A stretch of 64,000 nt of DNA from an uncultured delta proteobacterium (lineage in GTDB: Bacteria > Myxococcota_A > Polyangia > Polyangiales > Polyangiaceae): assembly GCA_963716725.1 (NCBI GenBank), contig CAVQUB010000011.1:320001-384000 (forward strand), given 5' to 3'. The stretch's first letter is position 1. The number at the start of each line of letters is the position of its first letter. A program made the translations under genes and the position numbers. The notes below the pieces were generated by a model, which worked only from the letters and a program-made list of their open reading frames with translations, made no database searches and had not been told where the DNA came from. Positions 29,593 through 39,373 of this stretch are shown one piece after another.

Positions 29593-30144
29593 ATGGCCTC
29601 CCCCAACGAGCGTGTCGGCACCGCGGCGGAACCCGCGCGGTTGCGGGGTTTGGTCGAGCGAGAGCTCACCCCGGTGTGGCGGCTGCTGCGTCGGGTCGGA
29701 CTCTCGGAGCCCGAGGCTGATGACGCCACTCAACAGGTCTTCATCGTCGCAGCGCGACGCTTGTCCGAGATCGACCCGGCGCGAGAGCGGGCGTTCCTGT
29801 TCTCGACCGCGCTAAACATCGGACGCCGAGCGCAGCGCACGCTCATTCGTCGCCGGGAGGACGACGATGCCACGCTGGGCAGCCTGCGCGACTCGGTGCC
29901 CGGCCTCGACGAGCTTCTAGATCAAGAACGCGCTCGAGCGATGCTCGACGAGTTGCTCGGGGCGATGTCCGATGATCTTCGGGTCGTGTTCGTGCTGTAC
30001 GAGATCGAAGAGCTGACCATGGCCGAAATCGCCCAGGTTCTCGACCTCCCGCCGGGCACAGTTGCGTCGCGGCTTCGACGTGCACGCGGCGAGTTCCAGG
30101 GCGGGGTCACCCGCATCGACAAGCCGACAGGAGGACTGCGATGA
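29593..30144 (+). CDS. ECF RNA polymerase sigma factor
   Basis: EADDATQQVFI, FLFSTA, VFVLYEIEELTMAEIA...GTVASRLRRAR; start uncertain. Confidence 0.9.
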   Translation: MASPNERVGTAAEPARLRGLVERELTPVWRLLRRVGLSEPEADDATQQVFIVAARRLSEIDPARERAFLFSTALNIGRRAQRTLIRRREDDDATLGSLRDSVPGLDELLDQERARAMLDELLGAMSDDLRVVFVLYEIEELTMAEIAQVLDLPPGTVASRLRRARGEFQGGVTRIDKPTGGLR

Positions 30145-30878
30145 CCGATCCGGAGCGATTGCTGCAAGCCGAGGGCGGCGGTCTGTCGTCTGCTTTGCTC
30201 CGCGCGGGGCGAGCCGAAGGGCCGTCCGAGAAGCTGCTGGGAGATACCCTGTTGGCAGTGGGAGTCGGCGCGGCGGGCGTCGCTGCCGGCGCCCTCGCCG
30301 CCGGGTCTGGCAGCGCAGTCCTGAAGGCGGGCGGCACCACCGGCCTGACAACCCTCGCGATCAAGTGGCTGGGCATCGGCGCGGTCAGCGGCGTGGTGAC
30401 GGTGGGCGCCACCATCGGCGTGGTTCAGGGCCTGAACCCTGCGCCAAAACCCCAGGCGGCGGTGGCCGCGCCCGCCCTCGTCGTCGCAGCGCCGGCGCCG
30501 ATCCGGGCCTCCCCCGGCGTCGCGCCGGAGGCGCCCGCGCCCGTCGAGGCGATCAGCGCTCCCCCCAGACGGTCGACCGTCGCGCCGGCGCTCGAAGCGC
30601 CACTGCCTTCCATCACGGACGAGACCCGCGCCGTCGATCAGGCACGTCGCGAGCTGCGTGAGGGCAACCTTGGCCAGGCGCTGGCGACCTTGGATAGGTA
30701 CGATCGGCTCCCCGGTCCGCACCGGTTGCAGCAAGAAGCCCTCTTGCTGCGCATGGACGCGCTCGTGCGCTCGGGAAACCCGCACGCAGCGCGCGTCGTC
30801 GCCAAGAGGTTGCTCGACCAAAGCCCCAGTGGCCCCCACGCGGCGCGCGCGCGGCAGGTGCTCGGTGACAAAGATTGA
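30141..30878 (+). CDS. putative membrane anti-sigma factor with C-terminal TPR-like helix pair
   Basis: ATGA-coupled to the ECF gene; TM segment, Pro/Ala linker, ALATLDRY...EALLLRMDAL. Confidence 0.7.
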   Translation: MTDPERLLQAEGGGLSSALLRAGRAEGPSEKLLGDTLLAVGVGAAGVAAGALAAGSGSAVLKAGGTTGLTTLAIKWLGIGAVSGVVTVGATIGVVQGLNPAPKPQAAVAAPALVVAAPAPIRASPGVAPEAPAPVEAISAPPRRSTVAPALEAPLPSITDETRAVDQARRELREGNLGQALATLDRYDRLPGPHRLQQEALLLRMDALVRSGNPHAARVVAKRLLDQSPSGPHAARARQVLGDKD

Positions 30879-30946
30879 TCAAACTCCCCGCCTGCGGGGA
30901 TGAACTGAATGAGGTGGCCCCGAGCCGCCCGACGAGGAGGATCTTC

Positions 30947-31906
30947 ATGCTTCGAACCGTGCTTGCATTCACCGCGGTGGCGTTGATCGCCGCCGCCTGC
31001 GGCTCCCGGCAATCTCTGGGCAGCGGCGACGATAACCTGAACACCGGTGGTACCTCCGGCAGCGGCGGAGGAAATACCGGCGGCGGCGGCAACTCGGTCG
31101 GCTGGGATCCGTGCTCAGGCCTGCCCTGCGGCGCGGAGTGCACGGTCTGCGATCCGAAAGATCCGGACTGCAACGAGACCACCGTTCTGAAATTCTGCGC
31201 AAGCGACGGCAGCTGCGGCCAGGCCTATCCCGAGTGCGGCCCGCCGTCGGTGTGCAAAGTCGACAACGACTGCCCGGGCATCGGAGCGCCGTGCCAAGAG
31301 TGCCCCGAAGGCGGCTACGCCTGTCCCTGGACCAAATGCGAAAACGGACAGTGCACCGGCGGTTTCGACAGCTGTCAGGGGCAGATGTGCAAAGACGACG
31401 GCGACTGCCCCGCGATCCTCGCGCCCTGTCAGCCCTGCCCCGATGGTTCCGTCTCGTGCCCGTGGACCAAATGCGAAAACGGACAGTGCACCGGCGGTTT
31501 CGACGGCTGTAAGGGCTACGACCCCTGCGGCGGCAAGGGCTGCGGGGACAGCTGCACCGTCTGCCCGCCCAACGATCCGAGCTGCAGCGAGACGGCGGTG
31601 CTCAAGTACTGCGACGGCGGTGGCAACTGCGCGCCGAGCTATCCGAAGTGCGAACCGACGAACCAGTGCAAGGTGAAGGGCGACTGCATCATGCCGGCGG
31701 TTTGCAAGATGTGCCCCGACGGTCAGTGCGCCGAAGGTGCCTGCGTCAACGGCTCGTGTGGCTGGCAGTGTCCGCCCCCACCAAAGCCCGAATGCAAGGT
31801 CACGGGAGACTGCGTCTTCCCCGAGATCTGCAAGCAGTGCCCGAACGGCAAGTGCGCCCAAGGTGCCTGCTTGAACGGAAGCTGCCAGCTGGTCTGCAGC
31901 GGCTGA
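30947..31906 (+). CDS. Cys-rich repeat lipoprotein
   Basis: lipobox AAAC; duplicated Cys-rich modules. Confidence 0.8.
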   Translation: MLRTVLAFTAVALIAAACGSRQSLGSGDDNLNTGGTSGSGGGNTGGGGNSVGWDPCSGLPCGAECTVCDPKDPDCNETTVLKFCASDGSCGQAYPECGPPSVCKVDNDCPGIGAPCQECPEGGYACPWTKCENGQCTGGFDSCQGQMCKDDGDCPAILAPCQPCPDGSVSCPWTKCENGQCTGGFDGCKGYDPCGGKGCGDSCTVCPPNDPSCSETAVLKYCDGGGNCAPSYPKCEPTNQCKVKGDCIMPAVCKMCPDGQCAEGACVNGSCGWQCPPPPKPECKVTGDCVFPEICKQCPNGKCAQGACLNGSCQLVCSG

Positions 31907-31953
31907 GCTCGGGTCGGGTCGCGCGGTGGTCGTTGACCCCGGCCGCCGCGCGC

Positions 31954-32259
31954 TCAGGTCCCGACGGGCCGAAGCCGAATCAGGCCCGGCTCACCGCGGA
32001 TCCGAGCCTGACAGGCCAAGCGATTGTTCGCGGGCCCAGCCAGCAGGTCGAGCAGCTCGCGCTCGAGTTCACTCGGTGCCTCCAAGAGCACGGCGCCCTC
32101 GAGCACCTCGACTTGACAGGTTCCGCAGCTCGCTGAACGGCACGAGAACGGGATTGGCGCGAGGAGCTCGTCGCACAAATCCACGAGCTCGGCGCCGGCC
32201 GAAGCCTCGACTCGCTTCTCTCGACCCAGAGCGTTGCCCTCGAACACGACCGTCGGCAC
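31954..32259 (-). CDS. 2Fe-2S ferredoxin
   Basis: FSCRSASCGTC...RLACQ; start uncertain. Confidence 0.85.
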   Translation of the reverse strand: MPTVVFEGNALGREKRVEASAGAELVDLCDELLAPIPFSCRSASCGTCQVEVLEGAVLLEAPSELERELLDLLAGPANNRLACQARIRGEPGLIRLRPVGT

Positions 32260-32394
32260 GGAAGCATTGTTGGACGCGTCGGCGACTCGCGCCAGTGCTA
32301 AGCTGCCGCCGGTGCTCGCCTTGCCCGCCTTGCTCTCCGAAGATCTGCCGCGCCGGGTCCGCGGCCGCCTGAATGCGCTCGTCGAAGGACCGTC

Positions 32395-32826
32395 ATGACG
32401 ACGCCGGACGGCCTCGTGGTTCAGGCCAATCTGACGATCCCCGAGCGCGACCTGAGCATGCGCGCCACTCGCGCGAGCGGTCCTGGGGGTCAAAACGTGA
32501 ACCGGGTCGCGACCAAGGTCGAGCTCAGCTTCGATCTGCGCGGCTCGACCGCTCTCGACGAGCCGACAAAGGCTCGCCTGCGCCGGCTCGCAAAAAATCG
32601 CCTAGACGCCGCGGGCAACCTGGTGATCACCAGCCAGGTCACGCGATCGCAGGCGCAGAACCTGGACGACGCTCGAGAGAAACTGGCAGCGCTGGTCCGG
32701 GCCGCGCTGGTCGTGCCGAAACGCCGCCGGGCGACCCGACCCACGCGTGCTTCCAAGGAGCGGCGGCTCGATTCGAAACGGCGCCAGTCTCAGAAGAAGC
32801 AAGCGCGGGACACCAGCGGCGACTGA
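32395..32826 (+). CDS. arfB: alternative ribosome rescue peptidyl-tRNA hydrolase ArfB
   Basis: ASGPGGQNVNRV, RSQAQN, basic tail RRATRPTRASKERRL. Confidence 0.92.
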   Translation: MTTPDGLVVQANLTIPERDLSMRATRASGPGGQNVNRVATKVELSFDLRGSTALDEPTKARLRRLAKNRLDAAGNLVITSQVTRSQAQNLDDAREKLAALVRAALVVPKRRRATRPTRASKERRLDSKRRQSQKKQARDTSGD

Positions 32827-32829
32827 GCC

Positions 32830-33573
32830 TCATTTGGACTCTTCGCGACAGATCTCGGCTTGGTCCTTGGGGCAAGAGACACGCACGTGAAAGTGATCGT
32901 CGTGGGGACTCGAGTCTTCGGGCTGCTTCAGGAGCCCCGCGACCTCAGTCACGTACCTCTGGAACGCCGGCTGCTTGGCCGCATAGCCGAGCAGGCGCAG
33001 CCGTAAGCCGCGGGAGACGAAGATGTGGGAGAGCCCGGCGCGGTCGTCCCGAACCCACGACTGCACCAAGAGCCAGTTCCGACGATCGTCGAAGGTGAGG
33101 CCGCTGCCGTCCGTGGCCTTGCCGTCGGTCGTGAAGCTCACGAACTTGTCGGGCGTCACCGGCTTTCCGTTGGGGCCCAGCGCGTAGAACCCGACGTCGG
33201 CGTCCCGGCCGCTCTGGTGCGACCGGTGCCCAGGCAGCGATCCACCGTGCTTGCTCGAGAGATCCCCGACCAGCATCCGAGTTCCGGGCGCGACCTTCGC
33301 GATCTCCTTGGCGCTGCGCCGAAGCATCAGCACCAGGGCGGGGTGGCCGTAGGTATTGCTGTCGCTGCCCACCTTGATGGCCAGGACCTTGCTCTTCTTG
33401 ATGCGCTTCGCGCGAACGTGCCAGCCCGCGTTCGGGTGCCCGATCGTGAGCGACATCAGCGAATACGGCGCCCGAGTGAAGCGCTGCGGCAATGCGCGAC
33501 CAGGCGCACTGAAGGCGGCGATGGGTACGAGCATCGCGACGCAGAGCCAGCACCAGGCGAGCCGAAAACGCAC
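32830..33573 (-). CDS. penicillin-insensitive murein endopeptidase (MepA family)
   Basis: YGHPAL, VGDLS, HRSHQSGRDAD, HDDHFHVR. Confidence 0.85.
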   Translation of the reverse strand: MRFRLAWCWLCVAMLVPIAAFSAPGRALPQRFTRAPYSLMSLTIGHPNAGWHVRAKRIKKSKVLAIKVGSDSNTYGHPALVLMLRRSAKEIAKVAPGTRMLVGDLSSKHGGSLPGHRSHQSGRDADVGFYALGPNGKPVTPDKFVSFTTDGKATDGSGLTFDDRRNWLLVQSWVRDDRAGLSHIFVSRGLRLRLLGYAAKQPAFQRYVTEVAGLLKQPEDSSPHDDHFHVRVSCPKDQAEICREESK

Positions 33574-33675
33574 GGCGGAAACCTAGCTCAAAACCCGACG
33601 GGCGGGGACCGCGAGTCCGAGGCCGGGTCCCGGTCGCTTTACACCGCCCGACCGATCTGGTTTGAAACACGCGAG

Positions 33676-34770
33676 ATGAAGACGGTCGTCGTGTTCGGCG
33701 CCACCGGTTACACCGGCCGGCTGGTGGTCGATGCGCTGCTGGCACAAGGCGTGCACGATATCGTGCTCGGTGGACGCAGCGAAGAACGCCTGCGCGAGCT
33801 TTCGAAGCGTCACTCCGGTCTGCCGTGGCGCGTGGCGGACGCGCTCGACCCCGCTACGCTGGGACCGCTCGTCGCCGGCAGCCACGTGGTGATCAGCACG
33901 GCGGGTCCGTTCACGCTCTACGGCGAGCCCGTCGTGCGAGCCGCGCTCGCCGCCGGCGCGCACTTCCTCGATACCACGGGGGAGCAGGGCTACATGGCGA
34001 CGATCCTGGAGCGGTACCACGGCGCGGCCTGCGACAAACGCTTGGCGGTGGTCAACTCTCAGGCCTTCGAGTTTGCGCTCGGCTGCTGCGCCGCTGCATT
34101 GCTTGCAGAGTGGGATCCGGCGCTGCACACCATCGACGTCTTCAACCGCGTCTACGGCTTCGGCGCGACGCGGGGGACCCAGCAGTCGGCGCTGCGGCAG
34201 GCGGTGGCGGACGCCTTGATCCGCAGAGACGGGCGCCTCGTCCGGCGGGGTCTCTCGCCGCTGCCCGAGTGGGTCACCTGGCCCGACTCGGGAAAGCGTG
34301 AGCCGGCTGCTCCCTTCCCGGGCGGCGAAGCGCTGCACCTCGTCCGGACACATCCCGAAGTCCGGAACGTCACCACCAACCTCGCAATGCCTGCGCGGGT
34401 GGCGCTGCCGCTGATGCTCGGGTGGAGCGCGCGCCCGCTCCTGCGCGTCGCGGCCAAGGCCGGGCTGCTCGAGCCATTGCGCCGAAAGATCCAGACCGGC
34501 ACCGAGGGGCCCAGCGGCGAGTCACGGGACAGGAGCGGGTTCAAGGTGCTCGCCCGGGGTCGAAGCGACGTCGCCACCCGCGGGGTGTTGGTGAAGGGGC
34601 ACGACGCCTACGGCACTACCGGCGTCATCGCGGCGCTTGGCGCCAAAATGCTCTGCGAAGGGGACCCCAACGCCGTGGGCGTGATCTCGACGGATCAGGC
34701 CTTCGGCGCCGGACGCTTTTCGAAAGCGCTCGAGCCCTTTGGCGTGACGGTGAGCCGTCACGAGATGTGA
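33676..34770 (+). CDS. saccharopine dehydrogenase-like oxidoreductase
   Basis: VFGATGYTG, TAGPF..YGEPVV, FLDTTGE. Confidence 0.85.
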   Translation: MKTVVVFGATGYTGRLVVDALLAQGVHDIVLGGRSEERLRELSKRHSGLPWRVADALDPATLGPLVAGSHVVISTAGPFTLYGEPVVRAALAAGAHFLDTTGEQGYMATILERYHGAACDKRLAVVNSQAFEFALGCCAAALLAEWDPALHTIDVFNRVYGFGATRGTQQSALRQAVADALIRRDGRLVRRGLSPLPEWVTWPDSGKREPAAPFPGGEALHLVRTHPEVRNVTTNLAMPARVALPLMLGWSARPLLRVAAKAGLLEPLRRKIQTGTEGPSGESRDRSGFKVLARGRSDVATRGVLVKGHDAYGTTGVIAALGAKMLCEGDPNAVGVISTDQAFGAGRFSKALEPFGVTVSRHEM

Positions 34771-34780
34771 GCGGTCTCGA

Positions 34781-36226
34781 TCAGCGCACGCAGTTCCTGC
34801 CCGCGTGCTTGGCTTCGTACAGGCGTGCATCGGCCGCCGCGATCAGCGGCAACAGCTCAGCCCCGTCTGCCGGAAACTCGGCCACGCCCGCCGAGACGGT
34901 GAAGCGAGGCAGCGCGTCGCGCTCGCGACCGATGTGCTCACGCACCTCTTCGACCACGCCCAGGGCGGCGGACCTGGGTGTCTCGGGCAGCAGCAGGACG
35001 AACTCCTCGCCACCCCAGCGCCCCACGCAGTCGGTCTTGCGCACGCGTTTTGAAATGTCGTCAGCAAACGCCCGAAGCACCTCGTCCCCGGTCTGATGAC
35101 CATGCCGGTCGTTGATGCCTTTGAAGTGGTCGAGATCGAGCATGGCGACGGAGAATGGCCGGGCGCTACGGCGGGCGCGGTCGATCTCGTCGCAGAACCG
35201 CTGTTGCATGAAACGCCGGTTGAAGAGGCCCGTCAGCGCATCCCGGCTGGCGAGTTCTCGCAGGCGTTCTTCGCTCGCCCGCAGCTGGGCCTCGACTCGC
35301 CGGGTCTGAGTCACGTCGCGGTAGCTCCACACTCGCCCGCTGACCTCACCCCCGACCCACTGCGGTCGGCTCGATCGTTCTATCCAGCGACCGTCGCGGA
35401 GCTCGAACAGATCCACGTGGTCGCCGTCGGTGCTCTGCGCCGCGAGTTGCTCGGTTCGGGCGACGAAGTCATCGGGGGCCGAGCACTGGTCCGCCAGGTA
35501 AGCAATGCGCGCGCCCACGTCGCTCTCTGCTTCGAGCAGCTCCTTGGGCACCCCCCAAATCTCGACGAAGCGTTGATTGTGGGCGATCACTCGCCCACGC
35601 CCATCGACCGCCAGGATGCCCTCGCCGGTGGCGTCAAAGGCCGCCCGCAAGAGGGAGAACGACTGGGCCAACTGCCTCTCGCTCTGAATGCGGCGAGCGT
35701 GCTCGAGCGAGAGCGATACCAGGCTCGCGAGGTACCGGGCCGTGTTCTGCTCGTCGACGGGGAACTCGCGTTGTCCACCCACGTGCTCGTGACACAAGAC
35801 GCCCACGTTCCTGCCGCCGAGGCGGATCGGCGCGTCGAGCATCGCACCAATTCCCAGCGGCGCGAGGTACGCCCGGGTGAACTCGGAGGTGCGGGGATCG
35901 CTTCGGGCGTCGAACGCTGCGATGACTTCCTCGGAGCGCAGTGCCGCAAAATAGCGCGGGTAATCCACCGCCAAGAGCTCGGTCCCGCGGCTATGCCGCG
36001 CAGGCGTCCGCTCGAACAAGTCCTCGCACACGATCTTGGTGCGGTCGGCGGCGAAGAGCCAGACACTCACGCGCTCGACGTCGACGGCGGCGACGGCGGT
36101 CTCGGTGATCACACGGACGGCTCCCTCGGGATCCGCCTCGTAGTTTCGCCAGTTCGAGCCGATGGCAAGCAGCGCAGCCTGCTGGCGCTGGACACGGCTG
36201 GGCAACGATTCCGGCGGAGCTGTCAC
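34781..36226 (-). CDS. GAF-PAS-GGDEF diguanylate cyclase
   Basis: GAF (ERVSVW...MLDAPI...CHEH), PAS, DALTGLFNRR, DLDHFK, RKTD I-site, RWGGEEF. Confidence 0.9.
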   Translation of the reverse strand: MTAPPESLPSRVQRQQAALLAIGSNWRNYEADPEGAVRVITETAVAAVDVERVSVWLFAADRTKIVCEDLFERTPARHSRGTELLAVDYPRYFAALRSEEVIAAFDARSDPRTSEFTRAYLAPLGIGAMLDAPIRLGGRNVGVLCHEHVGGQREFPVDEQNTARYLASLVSLSLEHARRIQSERQLAQSFSLLRAAFDATGEGILAVDGRGRVIAHNQRFVEIWGVPKELLEAESDVGARIAYLADQCSAPDDFVARTEQLAAQSTDGDHVDLFELRDGRWIERSSRPQWVGGEVSGRVWSYRDVTQTRRVEAQLRASEERLRELASRDALTGLFNRRFMQQRFCDEIDRARRSARPFSVAMLDLDHFKGINDRHGHQTGDEVLRAFADDISKRVRKTDCVGRWGGEEFVLLLPETPRSAALGVVEEVREHIGRERDALPRFTVSAGVAEFPADGAELLPLIAAADARLYEAKHAGRNCVR

Positions 36227-36404
36227 CCGCAGCAGCCTACCACGGGGCTGGTTTCGCCTCGTGGAGTTCGGCGCACGTGCATCCGACCCGGGGCTGTCCC
36301 GCCTCGGGAGTTGACGGCGAGCATGAGCGAAGCCTGGCCCCTCGGCCCCTTGACGGTCGCCGCGTCTCGCGCAGCCGCCGCTGACGCGGCTCGCTCTTGT
36401 CGAG

Positions 36405-38344
36405 TCACCACCAGAGCTCGGCGCTGCCGTAGTACCGGCGGCCCGGCAGCGGCATGCCCACGCTGTCGAACTGCTCGCTGTCGAGCAGGTTCTCCGCGGC
36501 AAGGCGCAGCGCCAGCCGCCGATCGACGAGCAGCACGGCCAGATCCGAGTTCAGGGTCCACTGCTCTTCGATCACCACCAGGCCTGCCGGATCGGCCACG
36601 CGTGACGATCGATGCTGCGCGCTCGCGCCGACCGCCACCCGATCGATCCGGCCCAGGCCATCGGCAAAGAGTTCGAGCCGCGCGCTGCCGACCAAGCGCG
36701 CTTGAAATGGCAACAGGGTGTTCTCGATCTGTCGGCCTTCGCTCAGGTCGCGGGGGTCGAGCAGAGTGAGCGCGACGTCCAGACGTGCGTGATCGAAGGC
36801 GAGCGCATTGCTGCTGAATTCGAGCCCCAAAAACCGCGCACGCCCCACGTTGTAGGGACGCACCGCGCCGAAGCTGGCGCGTCGATACGCGACGAGATCG
36901 TCGGCGACCCGCGCAAATGCAAACACATCCCCCCAAGCGAGACGTCGTCGCCGCGCAGGGCCGCGCGTGCCCCGAGGTCGACGGAATGCCCGGTCTCCGA
37001 GACCAGCGCCGGGTTGCCGCGCACGATGGCGCTCACTCCGTAGAGCTCACCGAGGGTGGGGACTCGCGTGCTGCGCACCGCGTTAGCCAGCAGCGAGACG
37101 TGCTCGCCGAGACGAAGCTCGGCGCCCGCTCGCACTGCGGGAGCCAGCACCTCGCTGTGGTCGCTGCCGCCCAGGGTCGCGTGTCGTTCGAGGGCGCCGA
37201 CGAGGGCGAGGGACAGATCTCGGTCGATCTCGACGCGGGCACTGGCGTCGATGCGCGAGGCGTCGCGGCGAGCCCGGAGCCCCGGATCAATCCGCAAGAT
37301 CTCCAGCTCCTCGCTGCCGCCCAGGCGAAGCCGCAGCGTATCCAGTGGATCCCAGATCAGGTGAGCGGTCTGCCCCGCGCGCGTGCCGCGACTGGTGAGC
37401 TCCGCGGCGCCCACGCCGAGCTCGCCGCGCGGATCGCTCAGGCGGTGACTGCCGAGCAGCGCGCTAGTGGTGAGCTCGAGGCGGCACCCGGCGGCGCAAG
37501 GCACGCTCGAACGCACACCGACCAGGGTCCGCTGGACGCGCGCACGCGCGTGCCGGGCCGGGATCACGCCGAGTCCGGTCACGCCCTGTTCACGCGAAAA
37601 GCCGTTCAGCAGCGTGGTCAGGCGGGCGTCGCGCCCGAGGCGGGTGCGTCCGATCGCCCACACGTCCCACGATCTCGCGTCCGCGTTTGGGCGACGCACG
37701 ACGCGGTCATCGGCGCTGGTCGCCGTCGTACCGGCGTCGTCGACGTACTCGTAGTCGTTGTCGGCTCGCTCGTAGCGCAGACCCACCAGCGCACCGGCAC
37801 CGGCCCGCGCACTGGCGCCGCCCACCAAGATCGAGCGATGACCAAAGCTGCCGGCCTCGATGCCGGCGCCCAGGGTCGGCCGCCGAGGAAAGCGCGGCTC
37901 GAGCAAGACCGCACCGCCCATGCCCATGCGATCGACGCCTTCGGGGGCCGTCCCGCGAAACACCTCGACCCGCTCCAACATCCAGAGCGGCGCCTGCGAG
38001 AGATCCGCGGCCCCGATCAGATCGTCGTTGAGCCGAATGCCAGCGAGGTAGACCGGGGTCTGGGCGCTGGTCGCGCCGCGCAGTGACGCCGTCGAGAAGT
38101 CCGAGCTGCTCCCGCTCCGCTGGACCTGAGTGCCCGGCACGCGCTGGAGAACGTCGCCGAGATCTGCGCCGGGCGCTTCGAGCTCGGCCCGTGGGATCTG
38201 CGTCGACGCCGCCGTCCGCTCCCGCTTCGAGCTCCGGTCGAGCCGGTCCTCATGGACCACCACCTCGACGGGCTTCTCTTCGGCCCGAGCAACGCCTACC
38301 GAGAGGGCGACCGCGATCAGCAGCCGTCTTCGACTCAAGGACAC
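36405..38344 (-). pseudogene. btuB: TonB-dependent receptor (BtuB-like), frameshifted at a G6 run (36929-36934)
   Basis: plug LQRVPG...SLRGATSAQTPVYLAGIRLN...LERVEVFRG; RVPTLGELYG, GNPALVSE; C-terminal AENLLD...PLPGRRY..W in another frame; downstream of a cobalamin riboswitch. Confidence 0.8.
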
Positions 38345-39042
38345 GCTGCGTTCACGAGACCGACCGCGTCCAAGTCGAAGACACCGTTCATGCCCTGGAG
38401 ATCGACGCGATCGGTGATGCGAACCCAACGCGCTTCGACGAGGCCCACGTCGGCGAGATCGAAGGCATCGCCGCCCGCGACTGCAGGGTCGAGGGGATCG
38501 ATCGCGTTGTCGTCGACGTTTGCGTGGACCGGATGCCAACCGGCGCAGGAACCATAGGGCGCGGCACTGGCCGAGCACTCGAAGGCCGCCCAGTTCTCAC
38601 CGTCAGCGCTGACCTCGACGGCTCCAAGCTCGGCGAAGGGCAACTCGGGATCGCCCCCGATGAAGAACGCGTTCTCGAACACGATGAAGTCGGGGCCCGG
38701 CCCGTCCACGATCCGGGTCTGACCGAAGGCGAGCGTCACCTGGCCGCCGTTGCCGAGCGAGACGACGTCCAAGGAGCCCTGCTTCGTCCCTCCGCCGCGG
38801 GGCGGTCCCAAGAGCGGCGTCGGAAACGTGCTCTGACCGGCGTTCTGACCGGGACCGAAGGCGTGGTCGACCACGCTCGCCGCGAAGCGCGGGCAGGTCT
38901 CCGCTCCCGCGGCGCCGCCGACGGCGCTGACGCTTCCATGCCCACCGCTACCCGACGCCGGCGCTCCGGCCGAGTCGTCGGCCCCGCACCCCGCAGCGGA
39001 GGTCATCAATAGAAGAACTGGGAGCCAGTCTCGCGTCGTCAT
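38335..39042 (-). CDS. riboswitch-controlled surface lipoprotein, probable cobalamin-binding protein
   Basis: lipobox AAGC; VVSLGNGG, DGPGPDFIVFENAF, EVSADG, GGDAFDL; first gene after the riboswitch. Confidence 0.7.
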   Translation of the reverse strand: MTTRDWLPVLLLMTSAAGCGADDSAGAPASGSGGHGSVSAVGGAAGAETCPRFAASVVDHAFGPGQNAGQSTFPTPLLGPPRGGGTKQGSLDVVSLGNGGQVTLAFGQTRIVDGPGPDFIVFENAFFIGGDPELPFAELGAVEVSADGENWAAFECSASAAPYGSCAGWHPVHANVDDNAIDPLDPAVAGGDAFDLADVGLVEARWVRITDRVDLQGMNGVFDLDAVGLVNAACP

Positions 39043-39130
39043 CTGACCTCCGGGCGATGCGCGCGCCCTTCTGGTGAATCACCTCCTCGGAGCCCACGCC
39101 GCCAAAATGGCGACGCTTCCGAGGTACCGG

Positions 39131-39283
39131 CGTTCAGGTCTTCTGACTTCTCGTTGTGTCCGGTCGCCTTCCCAGCGCTGGGCCAGTGGCTTAATTGACC
39201 GGACCGTCCCGAGTTACAGCGGCGGCTCCGTGCCGGATTCTCACCGGCTTCCCTTGGTGTCGGTACTGGTCCGGGTATCACGG
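39131..39283 (-). ncRNA. cobalamin (AdoCbl) riboswitch
   Basis: minus strand AGGGAAGCCGGTGAGAATCCGGCACGGAGCCGCCGCTGTAA...GCCACTGG...TGGGAAGGC...AGTCAGAAGACCTG (B12 box). Confidence 0.92.
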
Positions 39284-39373
39284 CCCAGGTCACCACGCAA
39301 TCACCTCGGCTCTTCCACGGGCTCTCCCTCCGCTGAGCACCTTGCAGGCGTTGGATCCGAGCGAGAGGTGAAG

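Noticed and set aside
30947..31906. multiheme cytochrome or RiPP call for the Cys-rich lipoprotein
   Set aside because: CxxC pairs are followed by Pro or Asp, not His, and no modifying enzymes are adjacent
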